Source of the DNA: Erysipelotrichaceae bacterium MTC7
GTDB taxonomy: Bacteria; Bacillota_I; Bacilli_A; Erysipelotrichales; Erysipelotrichaceae
Assembly: GCA_001695645.1 (NCBI GenBank)
Contig: LVZN01000078.1
Span: forward strand, 61,609-93,608
Direction of reading: 5' to 3'
DNA: 32,000 nucleotides
This document shows, in pieces, positions 7,425-15,631 of this stretch. Under the pieces are notes generated by a model that was not told the origin of the DNA, made no database searches, and was given only the letters and a program-made list of their open reading frames with translations. The position numbers were made by a program, and so were the translations under genes. The stretch's first letter is position 1. Each line of letters starts with the position of its first letter.

Positions 7425-8270
7425 ATGGAACGAAAAGTAAAAAAATTAGTACAAGGATACCATACGGTAGATGGTGCAGGTGTGCATCTTGTCCGTGTGT
7501 TAGGAAATACAACAGTTGAGGATTTTGATCCGTTTTTGATGTTGGATTCATTTGACTCTCATAACCCAAAAGATTATATGGAAGGGTTCCCATTTCATCC
7601 ACATCGTGGGATTGAAACGGTAACATACCTAATTAAAGGGGAGATGGAACATGCGGATTCTTTAGGTAATAAAGGTGTCATTCAAAATGGTGAAAGCCAA
7701 TGGATGAATGCAGGAAGTGGAATTATGCACCAAGAAATGCCACGACCAGTTGATCAAATCCTTGGACTTCAATTATGGATTAACCTCCCTCAAAAAGATA
7801 AAATGAGTCAACCAACGTATCGTGATATTACCGCAAACGATATTCAAGTTGTACAAGAAGACAAGGCAACGGTACATGTTGTATCTGGTAACTACCAAGG
7901 GCATCAAGGGGTGGAACCAAAGTACGTGGATGCACAGATCTTCGATGTTGAGTTGCAAGCAAATGCAACCATTGAAATTCCAACCCGAAAAGAAGATAAC
8001 GTCTTTATTTTCACGATTGTGAATGGCGTACAAGTTGCTGGTCAAGACATTGCTGCAAAAACAGCTGTACTTTTCAATGAAGGTGATTCAATTAAAGTAA
8101 CTGCCGGTGATGAAGGTGCACGATTTATTTTCTTCGCAGGAAAAAAACTAAATGAATCAGTTGCCTGGGGTGGACCAATTGTTATGAATACGCGAGCAGA
8201 GCTTGAGCATGCCTTTGATGAGTTATCTGATGGGACATTTATCAAACATAATGCAACGCATGTCGCATAA
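7425..8270 (+). CDS. Pirin-family bicupin protein
   Basis: The FPFHPHRGIETVTYLIKGEMEHADSLGN and QWMNAGSGIMHQE motifs are present. ATG 7425 is preferred over GTG 7416 because AGGAAG lies 8 nt upstream. Confidence 0.9.
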   Translation: MERKVKKLVQGYHTVDGAGVHLVRVLGNTTVEDFDPFLMLDSFDSHNPKDYMEGFPFHPHRGIETVTYLIKGEMEHADSLGNKGVIQNGESQWMNAGSGIMHQEMPRPVDQILGLQLWINLPQKDKMSQPTYRDITANDIQVVQEDKATVHVVSGNYQGHQGVEPKYVDAQIFDVELQANATIEIPTRKEDNVFIFTIVNGVQVAGQDIAAKTAVLFNEGDSIKVTAGDEGARFIFFAGKKLNESVAWGGPIVMNTRAELEHAFDELSDGTFIKHNATHVA

Positions 8271-8292
8271 ATAGTAAATAAAACAAAGCTAA

Positions 8293-8338
8293 GAAAAAAC
8301 ACATAAGATGCATCATCATGCAATCCTATGTGTTTTTT
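8293..8338. terminator. Bidirectional terminator between convergent pirin and DUF898-like genes
   Basis: AAAAAACACATA ... TATGTGTTTTTT outer stem with an inner GCAT-CATC-ATGC hairpin. An A-tract lies on one side and a T-tract on the other. Confidence 0.55.
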
Positions 8339-8640
8339 TATGCAAAATATGTATGGCTTGCTTTCCATTTGCGCAAGGCAATACTAACCCAGAAACCATA
8401 AATTCCCAAGGTAACAATGGTAAGTAGTAACCATTTGATCCAACTGCCAAATAGCCCAACCGCTGTACCATTAAAAGCCAGTCGTTGACCGTTTACAACC
8501 GTGTGTTTGGTCTCCCAGTTGTAAATCATGGTAATCGCCCATGGGGCACAAATGCCTAGTGTAATTGCTGTTACAAATCCACCAAGTAACTTGTAACCTA
8601 CAAGCTGTAATAAGCCACCATCAAAATATGAGTCTTTCAT
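8338..8640 (-). CDS. Small membrane protein, DUF898 (YjgN)-like
   Basis: 100 aa. The pattern F-G..L...TLGI..PWA...W...T...G.RL.F.GT...LF....LLLTIVTLGIYGFW resembles one DUF898 unit. SD GGAGAG lies upstream on the minus strand. Confidence 0.6.
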   Translation of the reverse strand: MKDSYFDGGLLQLVGYKLLGGFVTAITLGICAPWAITMIYNWETKHTVVNGQRLAFNGTAVGLFGSWIKWLLLTIVTLGIYGFWVSIALRKWKASHTYFA

Positions 8641-8771
8641 TCAATTCTCTCCTTTTCCTTTTTTGCATTATAAGCTAATTAGCTGTAACTTAGAAGTTAT
8701 ATGCCTCATTGGTATAGTTTTTGTGGAAATGCAAGCGTAAATCGTTCATAATGAAGCAAAGTGAGGGATTT

Positions 8772-9704
8772 ATGAAATTAGTACAATTACATTATTTTAT
8801 TACGATTGCCAAAATGAAATCGATTAATCAAGCAGCGCAGGAACTCTATGTGTCACAACCAACATTAACAAGTGCGATACAAGAATTGGAACAAGAACTT
8901 GGAATTTCGTTGTTTACACGAACGGGAAGAGGTGTTCAATTAACGAATGAAGGTCAAGAGTTTTTAATTTATGTACGTCAACTTTACGGACAATACGAGA
9001 CCATTGTTGATAAATTTGTGTTGAAAGAAAACTATAAAAAGAAGTTTGGTGTTTCCTGTCAACACTATTCGTTTGCGATTAAAGCGTTTGTCGAGATGGC
9101 CAAACAATTTGATATGAACCAGTATGCATTTGCAATTCGCGAAACCAAAACAATGGAGATTATTGATGATGTTAGTTCGCTGAAAAGTGAAGTTGGAATT
9201 TTATTTTTAAATGAATTTAACCGCAAGGTGATGATGCGAAACTTCAATCAAGCACAAGTTGAGTTTCACCCATTAATATGCTGCAAAGCATATGTATATT
9301 TGTGGAAACATCATCCGCTAGCATCACAGAAATCTATCACGTTTTCACAGTTGAAAGACTATCCATGTTTATCATTTGAACAAGGAGAACACCACTCGTT
9401 TTATGTTGCAGAGGAGATTCTTGCTGATCATGAATATGCACAAACAATTCGAGTTAATGATCGTTCCACCATGTTGAATCTCATGGTTGGACTATCTGGA
9501 TACACACTTTGTTCAGGTATCATCTGTGAAGAATTGAACGGAACGGATTTTGTGACTGTTGCATACGAAGCAGATGAACAAAATCCCAATACGGAAATGG
9601 AGATTGGATACATCACCAGAAAGCAAAGTTATTTGTCAGACATGGGAAAAAGTTACATTATCGCGATAAAAAAAGAACTGAATATCGAACATACGGAGTT
9701 ATAG
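8772..9704 (+). CDS. LysR-family transcriptional regulator (possibly MtaR/MetR-like, given the neighbouring metY)
   Basis: I moved the start to ATG 8772 (SD GTGAGGGA). The HTH is LVQLHYFITIAKMKSINQAAQELYVSQPTLTSAIQELEQELGISLF, followed by a LysR substrate-binding domain. Confidence 0.85.
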   Translation: MKLVQLHYFITIAKMKSINQAAQELYVSQPTLTSAIQELEQELGISLFTRTGRGVQLTNEGQEFLIYVRQLYGQYETIVDKFVLKENYKKKFGVSCQHYSFAIKAFVEMAKQFDMNQYAFAIRETKTMEIIDDVSSLKSEVGILFLNEFNRKVMMRNFNQAQVEFHPLICCKAYVYLWKHHPLASQKSITFSQLKDYPCLSFEQGEHHSFYVAEEILADHEYAQTIRVNDRSTMLNLMVGLSGYTLCSGIICEELNGTDFVTVAYEADEQNPNTEMEIGYITRKQSYLSDMGKSYIIAIKKELNIEHTEL

Positions 9705-9716
9705 GTAAAACCTATA
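9700..9716. promoter_or_regulatory. 17-bp palindrome resembling the streptococcal MET-box
   Basis: TATAGGT-AAA-ACCTATA (perfect 7-bp arms) overlaps the LysR stop codon. Compare the MET-box TATAGTTtnaAACTATA, recalled from memory. Confidence 0.4.
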
Positions 9717-9860
9717 GCTCCATATTATTTTTATGTATTGGGCGGATTTTAAATCACGTGGTAGGCTATTTGTAACAAAGAAAGGGATGACACTATGTAC
9801 AAAATAGCAATCCAAATGAGTTTGAATCGAATGTAGAATCTTGTCTTACCTGTAAACATA

Positions 9861-9888
9861 GGATGTAAAACAAAAGGATGTAAAACAA
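9861..9888 (+). repeat. Tandem direct repeat GGATGTAAAACAA x2 (15-bp period) abutting the metY SD
   Basis: GGATGTAAAACAA occurs at 9861-9873 and 9876-9888, with a third partial copy TGTAAACA at 9851-9858. The repeat ends in the SD AAGGAGG. Confidence 0.6.
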
Positions 9889-9901
9889 GGAGGAAACATA
9901 C

Positions 9902-11206
9902 ATGAAAAAAATTACGGACCCAAAGAATTGGGGATTTGAAACAAAAGAATTACATATCGGACAAGAAACGCCAGATGCGGCTACTGGAGCTAGAGCAGTC
10001 CCGATTTATGCGTCGACATCATTTGTATTTGATGATACACAACACGCAGCGGATCGCTTTGGTTTGCGTGATGCAGGGAATATCTATGGAAGACTCACCA
10101 ATCCAACAAACGATATCTTTGAAAAAAGAATTGCAGCCTTGGAAGGAGGTGTTGGAGCTTTAGCGGTGGCTTCAGGTGCAGCGGCCATTGCCTATACCAT
10201 TGAGGCGCTGGCTAAACCAGGAGAACATATCGTAGCAGCGAAGACAATTTACGGAGGGACATACAATTTGCTGGCAAACACATTACCTTTGCGTAATCAA
10301 ATTACGACAACCTTCGTTGATCCACAAATTGAAGGAGCATTTGAAAAGGCAATTCAACCAAACACAAAGTTGATCTTTGTGGAAACCTTAGGAAATCCAA
10401 ATTCAAACGTTGCTGATATAGAAACACTTGCTAACATTGCCCATGAACATAACATTCCTTTGGTGGTTGATTCTACTTTTGCCACACCATACTTGGTGCA
10501 ACCAATCGCCTATGGTGCAGACATTGTGATTCATTCAGCAACGAAGTTTATTGGTGGACATGGTACAGCCATTGGTGGTGTAATTATCGATGGCGGAACT
10601 TTCGATTGGTCTACGGAAGATAAATATCCATGGATAAGCAAGCCAAATCCAAGTTATCATGGCATCTCATTTCAGCAAGCAGCTGGAGCAGCGTCGTTTA
10701 TTACCTATATTCGTGCCATTTTATTACGCGATACAGGAGCGACGTTATCTCCGTTCCACAGTTTTCTATTTCTGCAAGGAATTGAAACATTGTCTTTGCG
10801 GGTGGAACGACATGTTAGTAATGCTTTAAAAGTCGTGGAGTATCTACATCAACATCCCCAAGTAGAAGCGGTTCACCATCCTTCGCTAAAAAGCGAAGCT
10901 ACGTACAACCTTTATAACAAATATTTCCCAAAGGGTGGTGGCTCGATTTTCACCTTTGAAATTAAGGGTGATGTATCCGACGCGAAAACGTTTATCGATA
11001 ATCTACCAATCTTCTCATTGCTAGCCAATGTGGCGGATGTTAAGTCACTGGTGATTCATCCGGCAAGTACGACTCATGCACAAGCTTCAAGTGAACAACT
11101 ACAAGAACAAGGAATCAAAGAAAATACGATTCGCTTGTCCATTGGGATAGAAAAAGTCGAAGACTTAATTCAAGATTTAGAAGTTGGCTTTCAAGCAATT
11201 CGATGA
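9902..11206 (+). CDS. metY: O-acetylhomoserine sulfhydrylase (aminocarboxypropyltransferase), PLP-dependent
   Basis: 434 aa with GFETKELHIGQE, YGRLTNPTNDIFEKRIAALEGG and the PLP-lysine motif HSATKFIGGHGTAIGG. The C-terminal motif is IRLSIGIE. Confidence 0.92.
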   Translation: MKKITDPKNWGFETKELHIGQETPDAATGARAVPIYASTSFVFDDTQHAADRFGLRDAGNIYGRLTNPTNDIFEKRIAALEGGVGALAVASGAAAIAYTIEALAKPGEHIVAAKTIYGGTYNLLANTLPLRNQITTTFVDPQIEGAFEKAIQPNTKLIFVETLGNPNSNVADIETLANIAHEHNIPLVVDSTFATPYLVQPIAYGADIVIHSATKFIGGHGTAIGGVIIDGGTFDWSTEDKYPWISKPNPSYHGISFQQAAGAASFITYIRAILLRDTGATLSPFHSFLFLQGIETLSLRVERHVSNALKVVEYLHQHPQVEAVHHPSLKSEATYNLYNKYFPKGGGSIFTFEIKGDVSDAKTFIDNLPIFSLLANVADVKSLVIHPASTTHAQASSEQLQEQGIKENTIRLSIGIEKVEDLIQDLEVGFQAIR

Positions 11207-11210
11207 CTAC

Positions 11211-11236
11211 ATGCGGGTTTTAATATCCGCATTTTT
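11211..11236 (+). terminator. metY terminator
   Basis: ATGCGG-N10-CCGCAT followed by TTTTT. Confidence 0.7.
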
Positions 11237-11255
11237 AACTTTTGTTTCATTTGCA

Positions 11256-11285
11256 TAGACAAAAGTTGATAAATTGTCATATAAT
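11256..11285 (+). promoter_or_regulatory. Candidate promoter of the pilus operon
   Basis: -35 TAGACA, an 18-nt spacer and -10 TATAAT, about 75 nt upstream of the first pilus gene. Confidence 0.5.
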
Positions 11286-11360
11286 AAACTAAATCTCAAA
11301 TAAGTAAAGAATCTAACAGTGCAGGCGAGTATGTGTGTCGTTTAAAGTGTTGGAGGATTT

Positions 11361-13835
11361 ATGAAGGGTTTGCGTATTTTTAACAAACGAATCTTACGTG
11401 TTGGGCTCGCTTTTTGTCTTTTGATGATAAGTGCGTTTACGGATACTTCGCCAGAACATGTAAGTGAAATCAATACTTTAAATAGCATATCGATGGAAGT
11501 TCGCGATATGCATTTTTTGCGTCTTCTCCAAGAGCAAAAGGAGGAAGCGCATGTCTTACGGCCAAATGAGTCCTATCAACTTGTGATTGATGCGATTGCA
11601 AAAGTAGAGGTAAGAAATAATGAAGAAAACCAAGTGTTCTCACTTACGTTAAACAACTTTGATGTTTTGCAGTTTTCAAATGATGAAAACAATACCTACG
11701 AATTGTTGAATCAAAATAAGCAGTGCATTGGTACTTGGTGGTTAACAAACAAAGTAGATCAGTTTTTTATCGAAGGTGAGTTGTTTCGGGAATTGCGCAA
11801 AGATGAGCACATACAATTTATTTTCCCTGAAATGGTAAGACTCACGAATCCTAAACCTGTGAATACAAAAATATCGTTGGGGGTAGCAGACTATTTAAAA
11901 ACCTACAATATAGAATTACCAGAAACACAGCCATCACAACGGGCAGGACTACACCAATCAACTAAGTATCCTAGTTTGTTTGTCACCTCGAAAATCGAAG
12001 TGAATGGGATAAAGGCGAGCGTTGCTAAACCTGGTGACGAGGTGGAGTTTTTTATCATTGCTACATATGAAGGAAACACTAAGGTGCCCATTTACTTTAG
12101 AGATGAACTCAATATGCTGCAAAATGAAAGTGGTCTTGCTGTATTGGACGATCCATTTGCTACCGCACAGCCGATGGCTAATATCAGTGTGTTGGTCAAC
12201 GGTGTTGAAGCAAATACACAGACCTGGTTAGGAAATTTACGTGATGGCTATGTCTATATGGAAATGATTAAGAAAACGGTAGTCGCAATTAGCTACAAAA
12301 TCAAGGTAAAAGATGTAAGTGATATACCTATGGACAGTTCGTTGATGCAAGAAGGTAATTTCTTGTTAGAAAGCAAGGTAAGCGTTGAAGATATTCATTT
12401 TACCCAAAACTTAGAAATCAAGCTACCAAGACTTACTCCGTGGTTCACGATTGATGATGAAAATGAAAATGATTTTGGTGATCCAGGGGAAATATTGCAT
12501 ATTCGAATGGGAATGTACAATCAGGAAGCTACAGTACTTGAACAGATGGTGATAAAAAGCGAGATGGAAACATTGTCGTTGTTTCTTGTTGAACCAGAAA
12601 GCGTCAAAGTCCATGTATACATCGATTCGTTTTTACAACCACGGAACTACACACTTTTCGATTTGCTTAATGGGACGATCAAAGAAACCCTCCAACCAAA
12701 CCAAGATTTAGAAATTTTAGTCGTGTGCAAGCTAAAATCCATGGAAGAGTTTCAAAACCAGGGACTTGAGACTTTTGCGATTACCAAAAACAAGGCGTAT
12801 ATCGGAAATGTTCGACTGGAAAATCAATTCACAATTGGAAGGTTATACTACTTGGAGGCGAGTGCTAAAAAGCTATGTCTATCCACCTGTCAAAGCCCAA
12901 CCGTGTCTCCTGGTGACAAAATTGAATTCACGATGACCCTAACCAATCACGGGAATCAGTCATCGAACAATCATCAATTGCGTATGAACTTTTTAAACAA
13001 TATCGAATTCTTTGACTTGGTTAAAAGTGAACAAGAACAACCCATGATCATGTTGCCATTTAATGAAGATGAAAACACGAAAGCGCAAGCGTTATCCAAC
13101 CTTTTTTCTTCAGATACTGCAATCCAAGTGGATATACCTCCCGTCACCCAAATGGATGTTTCGTTTAGTTTGTATCTAAAACCATATGCATCAATTGGTG
13201 CATATGATCTTGATAAACTTGCACAAGATTTAAAAAGTGAGCTAGTCACATCGTTTTTACTTGATGAACAAGTAGCGTTTATAAAGCAGGTGAGCATTCC
13301 AGCTGGTAAGCCTTTAGTGGATGTGCAACTGCAAAGGCTTGATACAGCGGAAGATACGGTATTTCCTGGTCAGCGAGTTAGTATGCAAACTGTGATTACT
13401 GGTTTTGATGAAATCGCTAAACAGACGCCACTACAACTAGATGTTTCGGATTTTGCATCCTATGTCAAAGATATAGAGAATGTGCCTGTCATGATTACGT
13501 ATTATGATGCTGATGGAAATTATAGAGAAGTGCAAACCAGTCTTTTAAACTTGCAAGCAGGCGAAGATGATCTGGTCTATCTGCAAGCAAACCAACAGGC
13601 AACGTTGACGTTTTCCCTTGAGTTTCTCGCCACATTTGCACCGGATGTTGCTCTTACAATGCAAATAGAAGCAAATGGGATACGCGCACAAAAAACGCTA
13701 AGGACAACAAGCAGTATTCCAGAAACAGGATGGGATCGCGGACAGTCTGATCTATTGTGGTGGTTTGTACTGCCAATGTTTGTATGGTGTAGTTTTTTGC
13801 TTATGAGAGGCTACAAAAAGCGGAGGTACAAATGA
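11361..13835 (+). CDS. Large sortase-substrate surface protein (putative pilus tip/ancillary adhesin) with DUF11/CARDB-like beta-sandwich repeats
   Basis: Signal peptide MKGLRIFNKRILRVGLAFCLLMISAF. There are four PG[DEQ]-x-[IV]-x-F/M..N.GN-type segments (PGDEVEFFIIATYEGN, PGEILHIRMGMYNQE, PGDKIEFTMTLTNHGN, PGQRVSMQTVITG). The C-terminal sorting signal is IPETG plus a hydrophobic stretch plus RGYKKRRYK. Confidence 0.75.
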   Translation: MKGLRIFNKRILRVGLAFCLLMISAFTDTSPEHVSEINTLNSISMEVRDMHFLRLLQEQKEEAHVLRPNESYQLVIDAIAKVEVRNNEENQVFSLTLNNFDVLQFSNDENNTYELLNQNKQCIGTWWLTNKVDQFFIEGELFRELRKDEHIQFIFPEMVRLTNPKPVNTKISLGVADYLKTYNIELPETQPSQRAGLHQSTKYPSLFVTSKIEVNGIKASVAKPGDEVEFFIIATYEGNTKVPIYFRDELNMLQNESGLAVLDDPFATAQPMANISVLVNGVEANTQTWLGNLRDGYVYMEMIKKTVVAISYKIKVKDVSDIPMDSSLMQEGNFLLESKVSVEDIHFTQNLEIKLPRLTPWFTIDDENENDFGDPGEILHIRMGMYNQEATVLEQMVIKSEMETLSLFLVEPESVKVHVYIDSFLQPRNYTLFDLLNGTIKETLQPNQDLEILVVCKLKSMEEFQNQGLETFAITKNKAYIGNVRLENQFTIGRLYYLEASAKKLCLSTCQSPTVSPGDKIEFTMTLTNHGNQSSNNHQLRMNFLNNIEFFDLVKSEQEQPMIMLPFNEDENTKAQALSNLFSSDTAIQVDIPPVTQMDVSFSLYLKPYASIGAYDLDKLAQDLKSELVTSFLLDEQVAFIKQVSIPAGKPLVDVQLQRLDTAEDTVFPGQRVSMQTVITGFDEIAKQTPLQLDVSDFASYVKDIENVPVMITYYDADGNYREVQTSLLNLQAGEDDLVYLQANQQATLTFSLEFLATFAPDVALTMQIEANGIRAQKTLRTTSSIPETGWDRGQSDLLWWFVLPMFVWCSFLLMRGYKKRRYK

Positions 13836-14371
13836 ATTTGAAACAGACAAAGCAACCTGTGGAGATGCTAGACAAACACGCCACGTTAAAAAAAGAAGGT
13901 TTGCATTTGCTTGTAAAGCTAACATTCATCATCCTAGTTATCACAGGTGTGTTTTCATTTGTTTTTGGTTGGACAAAAGTAAGTGATGACACAATGTCTT
14001 CAGCACTGCGGCAAGGGGATGTCTTGCTGTATTATCGTTTAGATAAAGATATCCTTGCGGGAGATGTGGTTGTTATCGAGATAAATGATGATTTACAAGT
14101 GCGAAGAGTTGTTGCAACATCTGGAGATCGTGTAGATATTACAGAGGACGGGTTAATGATCAATGGAGCGTTGCAATTTGAACCAAGTATCATAAACGAA
14201 ACCTTACCTTACGTTGAGGGGATTGTATTTCCATTGACTTTGAAAAAAGACGAAGTATTTTTACTAGCTGACAAGCGCACAGGCGCACAAGACAGTAGAA
14301 ACTACGGAGCAATAAAAATACAGCACATCAAAGGAAAAGTGATACATTTGGTTCGCAGAAATAACATATAG
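13832..14371 (+). CDS. Signal peptidase I (S26) homologue, SipA/LepA-like pilus assembly factor
   Basis: ATGA overlap with the upstream gene and an N-terminal TM helix. The S26 boxes are recognisable (DDTMSSALRQGD, VRRVVATSGDRV, LLADKRTGAQDSRNYG), but the Ser/Lys dyad positions read Thr and Arg. Confidence 0.8.
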   Translation: MNLKQTKQPVEMLDKHATLKKEGLHLLVKLTFIILVITGVFSFVFGWTKVSDDTMSSALRQGDVLLYYRLDKDILAGDVVVIEINDDLQVRRVVATSGDRVDITEDGLMINGALQFEPSIINETLPYVEGIVFPLTLKKDEVFLLADKRTGAQDSRNYGAIKIQHIKGKVIHLVRRNNI

Positions 14372-14383
14372 AGGAGAGAAAAA

Positions 14384-15616
14384 ATGAAAAAGCAAAGAAG
14401 TAGTAAAATGAAAAAAATAAGTCGTGTATTTGTTGTGTGTTTGATGATGGTAATGATGCATGCAATGGGAAGTGTATCTATACTTCGTGCGGATGATGTG
14501 CACGCAACTTTGAATCCAAAGATTGTGAAACAAGTGACTGTCGCTGAAGGTGTAACGTATCCTTCAACGGTATTTCAGTTTAATTTCACATCGTACGCAT
14601 TTAATAACGAAGCTGATAGTAGTTTGCCAGCATTGCCTAGCATTACCATTGAAGTGGGAAATGCTACGAAAACGCAAGTTGCAGGTGGTGATGTATATGA
14701 AGCTAGCGGAGCAATAGCTGTGGATGCTAGTACATTTACGAAAGCTGGAGTTTATACATATGAATTGAAAGAAGCAAGTGGTGTAAATCCAAATGGTAGT
14801 AGTTTAGACACCTTGGCAGGAATGAGTTATGATAATACAACGTATCGCGTTCATATCTATGTAAAGAACGTAGCGAGTGGACTGGAGATTGCAAATTATA
14901 CCATTGAAAAAGTAGTGGGTGAAACAACTGAAAAAGTTGATGCAAGTGAAGCTGGCAAAGGTTTAGTATTTGCTAACGCATACAAAACCGTAGCGGGAAG
15001 TACAGGTTCTGATATCATCAAAGACGGTGATCGTTTTGCATCGTTTCGCTTAACAAAAGAAGTTGCAGGAGAATATGCGGATAAAACAAGAGCGTTTAAC
15101 TTTTCTGTGTATTTTGATGCTGCCTTAACTGAAACAACAGAAAAAACGTATTCGTACTATGTTGCAGATAAAACAACACACACAAAAATTGATGGTAGTG
15201 AAAAAACGGTAACAATTGATCCAACGACAGGTGCAACTGTTGAGGTGGACTTAACACATAATCAAGAAGTGATTTTCTTTGATTTACCAACTGGAACTTC
15301 TGTGCATGCAATCGAAAAGCATGTGGAAGATTATACAGGTAGTTATAGTTTTACTTCAGATAGTTCAACGCTTTCAGGATTAACAAACCTTGTTGGAGGT
15401 CAGGGTGATGACAGTAATAACTTGTATATCGGTAAAAACTCATCTGTGAATCAAACTGTCTTTTTAGGCGAAACAATCAACGTTGCGGATGTAACAAATA
15501 CATATAAAACGGTTAATTTTACAGGTCTTGTGATGGATAATTTACCATTTATTATTTGTATCATCATAGGTGGTGCTGGATTGTTGATGATCCTAGGCAA
15601 AAGACGCAAAGCGTAG
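14384..15616 (+). CDS. Spy0128/FctA (T-antigen)-like backbone pilin
   Basis: Signal peptide KKISRVFVVCLMMVMMHAMGSVSILRA. The signature FTKAGVYTYELKEASG...MSYDNTTYRVHIYVKN matches the F..G.Y.Y.[LV].E...YD...Y.V.[IV].V pattern of T-antigen pilins. The C-terminal sorting signal is VNFTG plus a hydrophobic stretch plus GKRRKA. Confidence 0.75.
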   Translation: MKKQRSSKMKKISRVFVVCLMMVMMHAMGSVSILRADDVHATLNPKIVKQVTVAEGVTYPSTVFQFNFTSYAFNNEADSSLPALPSITIEVGNATKTQVAGGDVYEASGAIAVDASTFTKAGVYTYELKEASGVNPNGSSLDTLAGMSYDNTTYRVHIYVKNVASGLEIANYTIEKVVGETTEKVDASEAGKGLVFANAYKTVAGSTGSDIIKDGDRFASFRLTKEVAGEYADKTRAFNFSVYFDAALTETTEKTYSYYVADKTTHTKIDGSEKTVTIDPTTGATVEVDLTHNQEVIFFDLPTGTSVHAIEKHVEDYTGSYSFTSDSSTLSGLTNLVGGQGDDSNNLYIGKNSSVNQTVFLGETINVADVTNTYKTVNFTGLVMDNLPFIICIIIGGAGLLMILGKRRKA

Positions 15617-15631
15617 CCATTCCTGAATTGA

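Noticed and set aside
9705-9901. I looked for a SAM-I riboswitch or a Met T-box leader upstream of metY.
   Set aside because: The leader has no SAM-I core (…GAGGGA…GCAACC…), no T-box sequence (AGGGUGGNACCGCG) and no terminator hairpin.
11724-12221. A possible Cpa-like thioester domain in the 824-aa surface protein (Cys122 in KQCIG and Gln287 in NTQTW, about 165 residues apart).
   Set aside because: The surrounding sequence does not match the thioester-domain signatures ([YF]C... and TQxA[IV]W). A DUF11-like module begins between the two residues, so the spacing match is probably coincidental.
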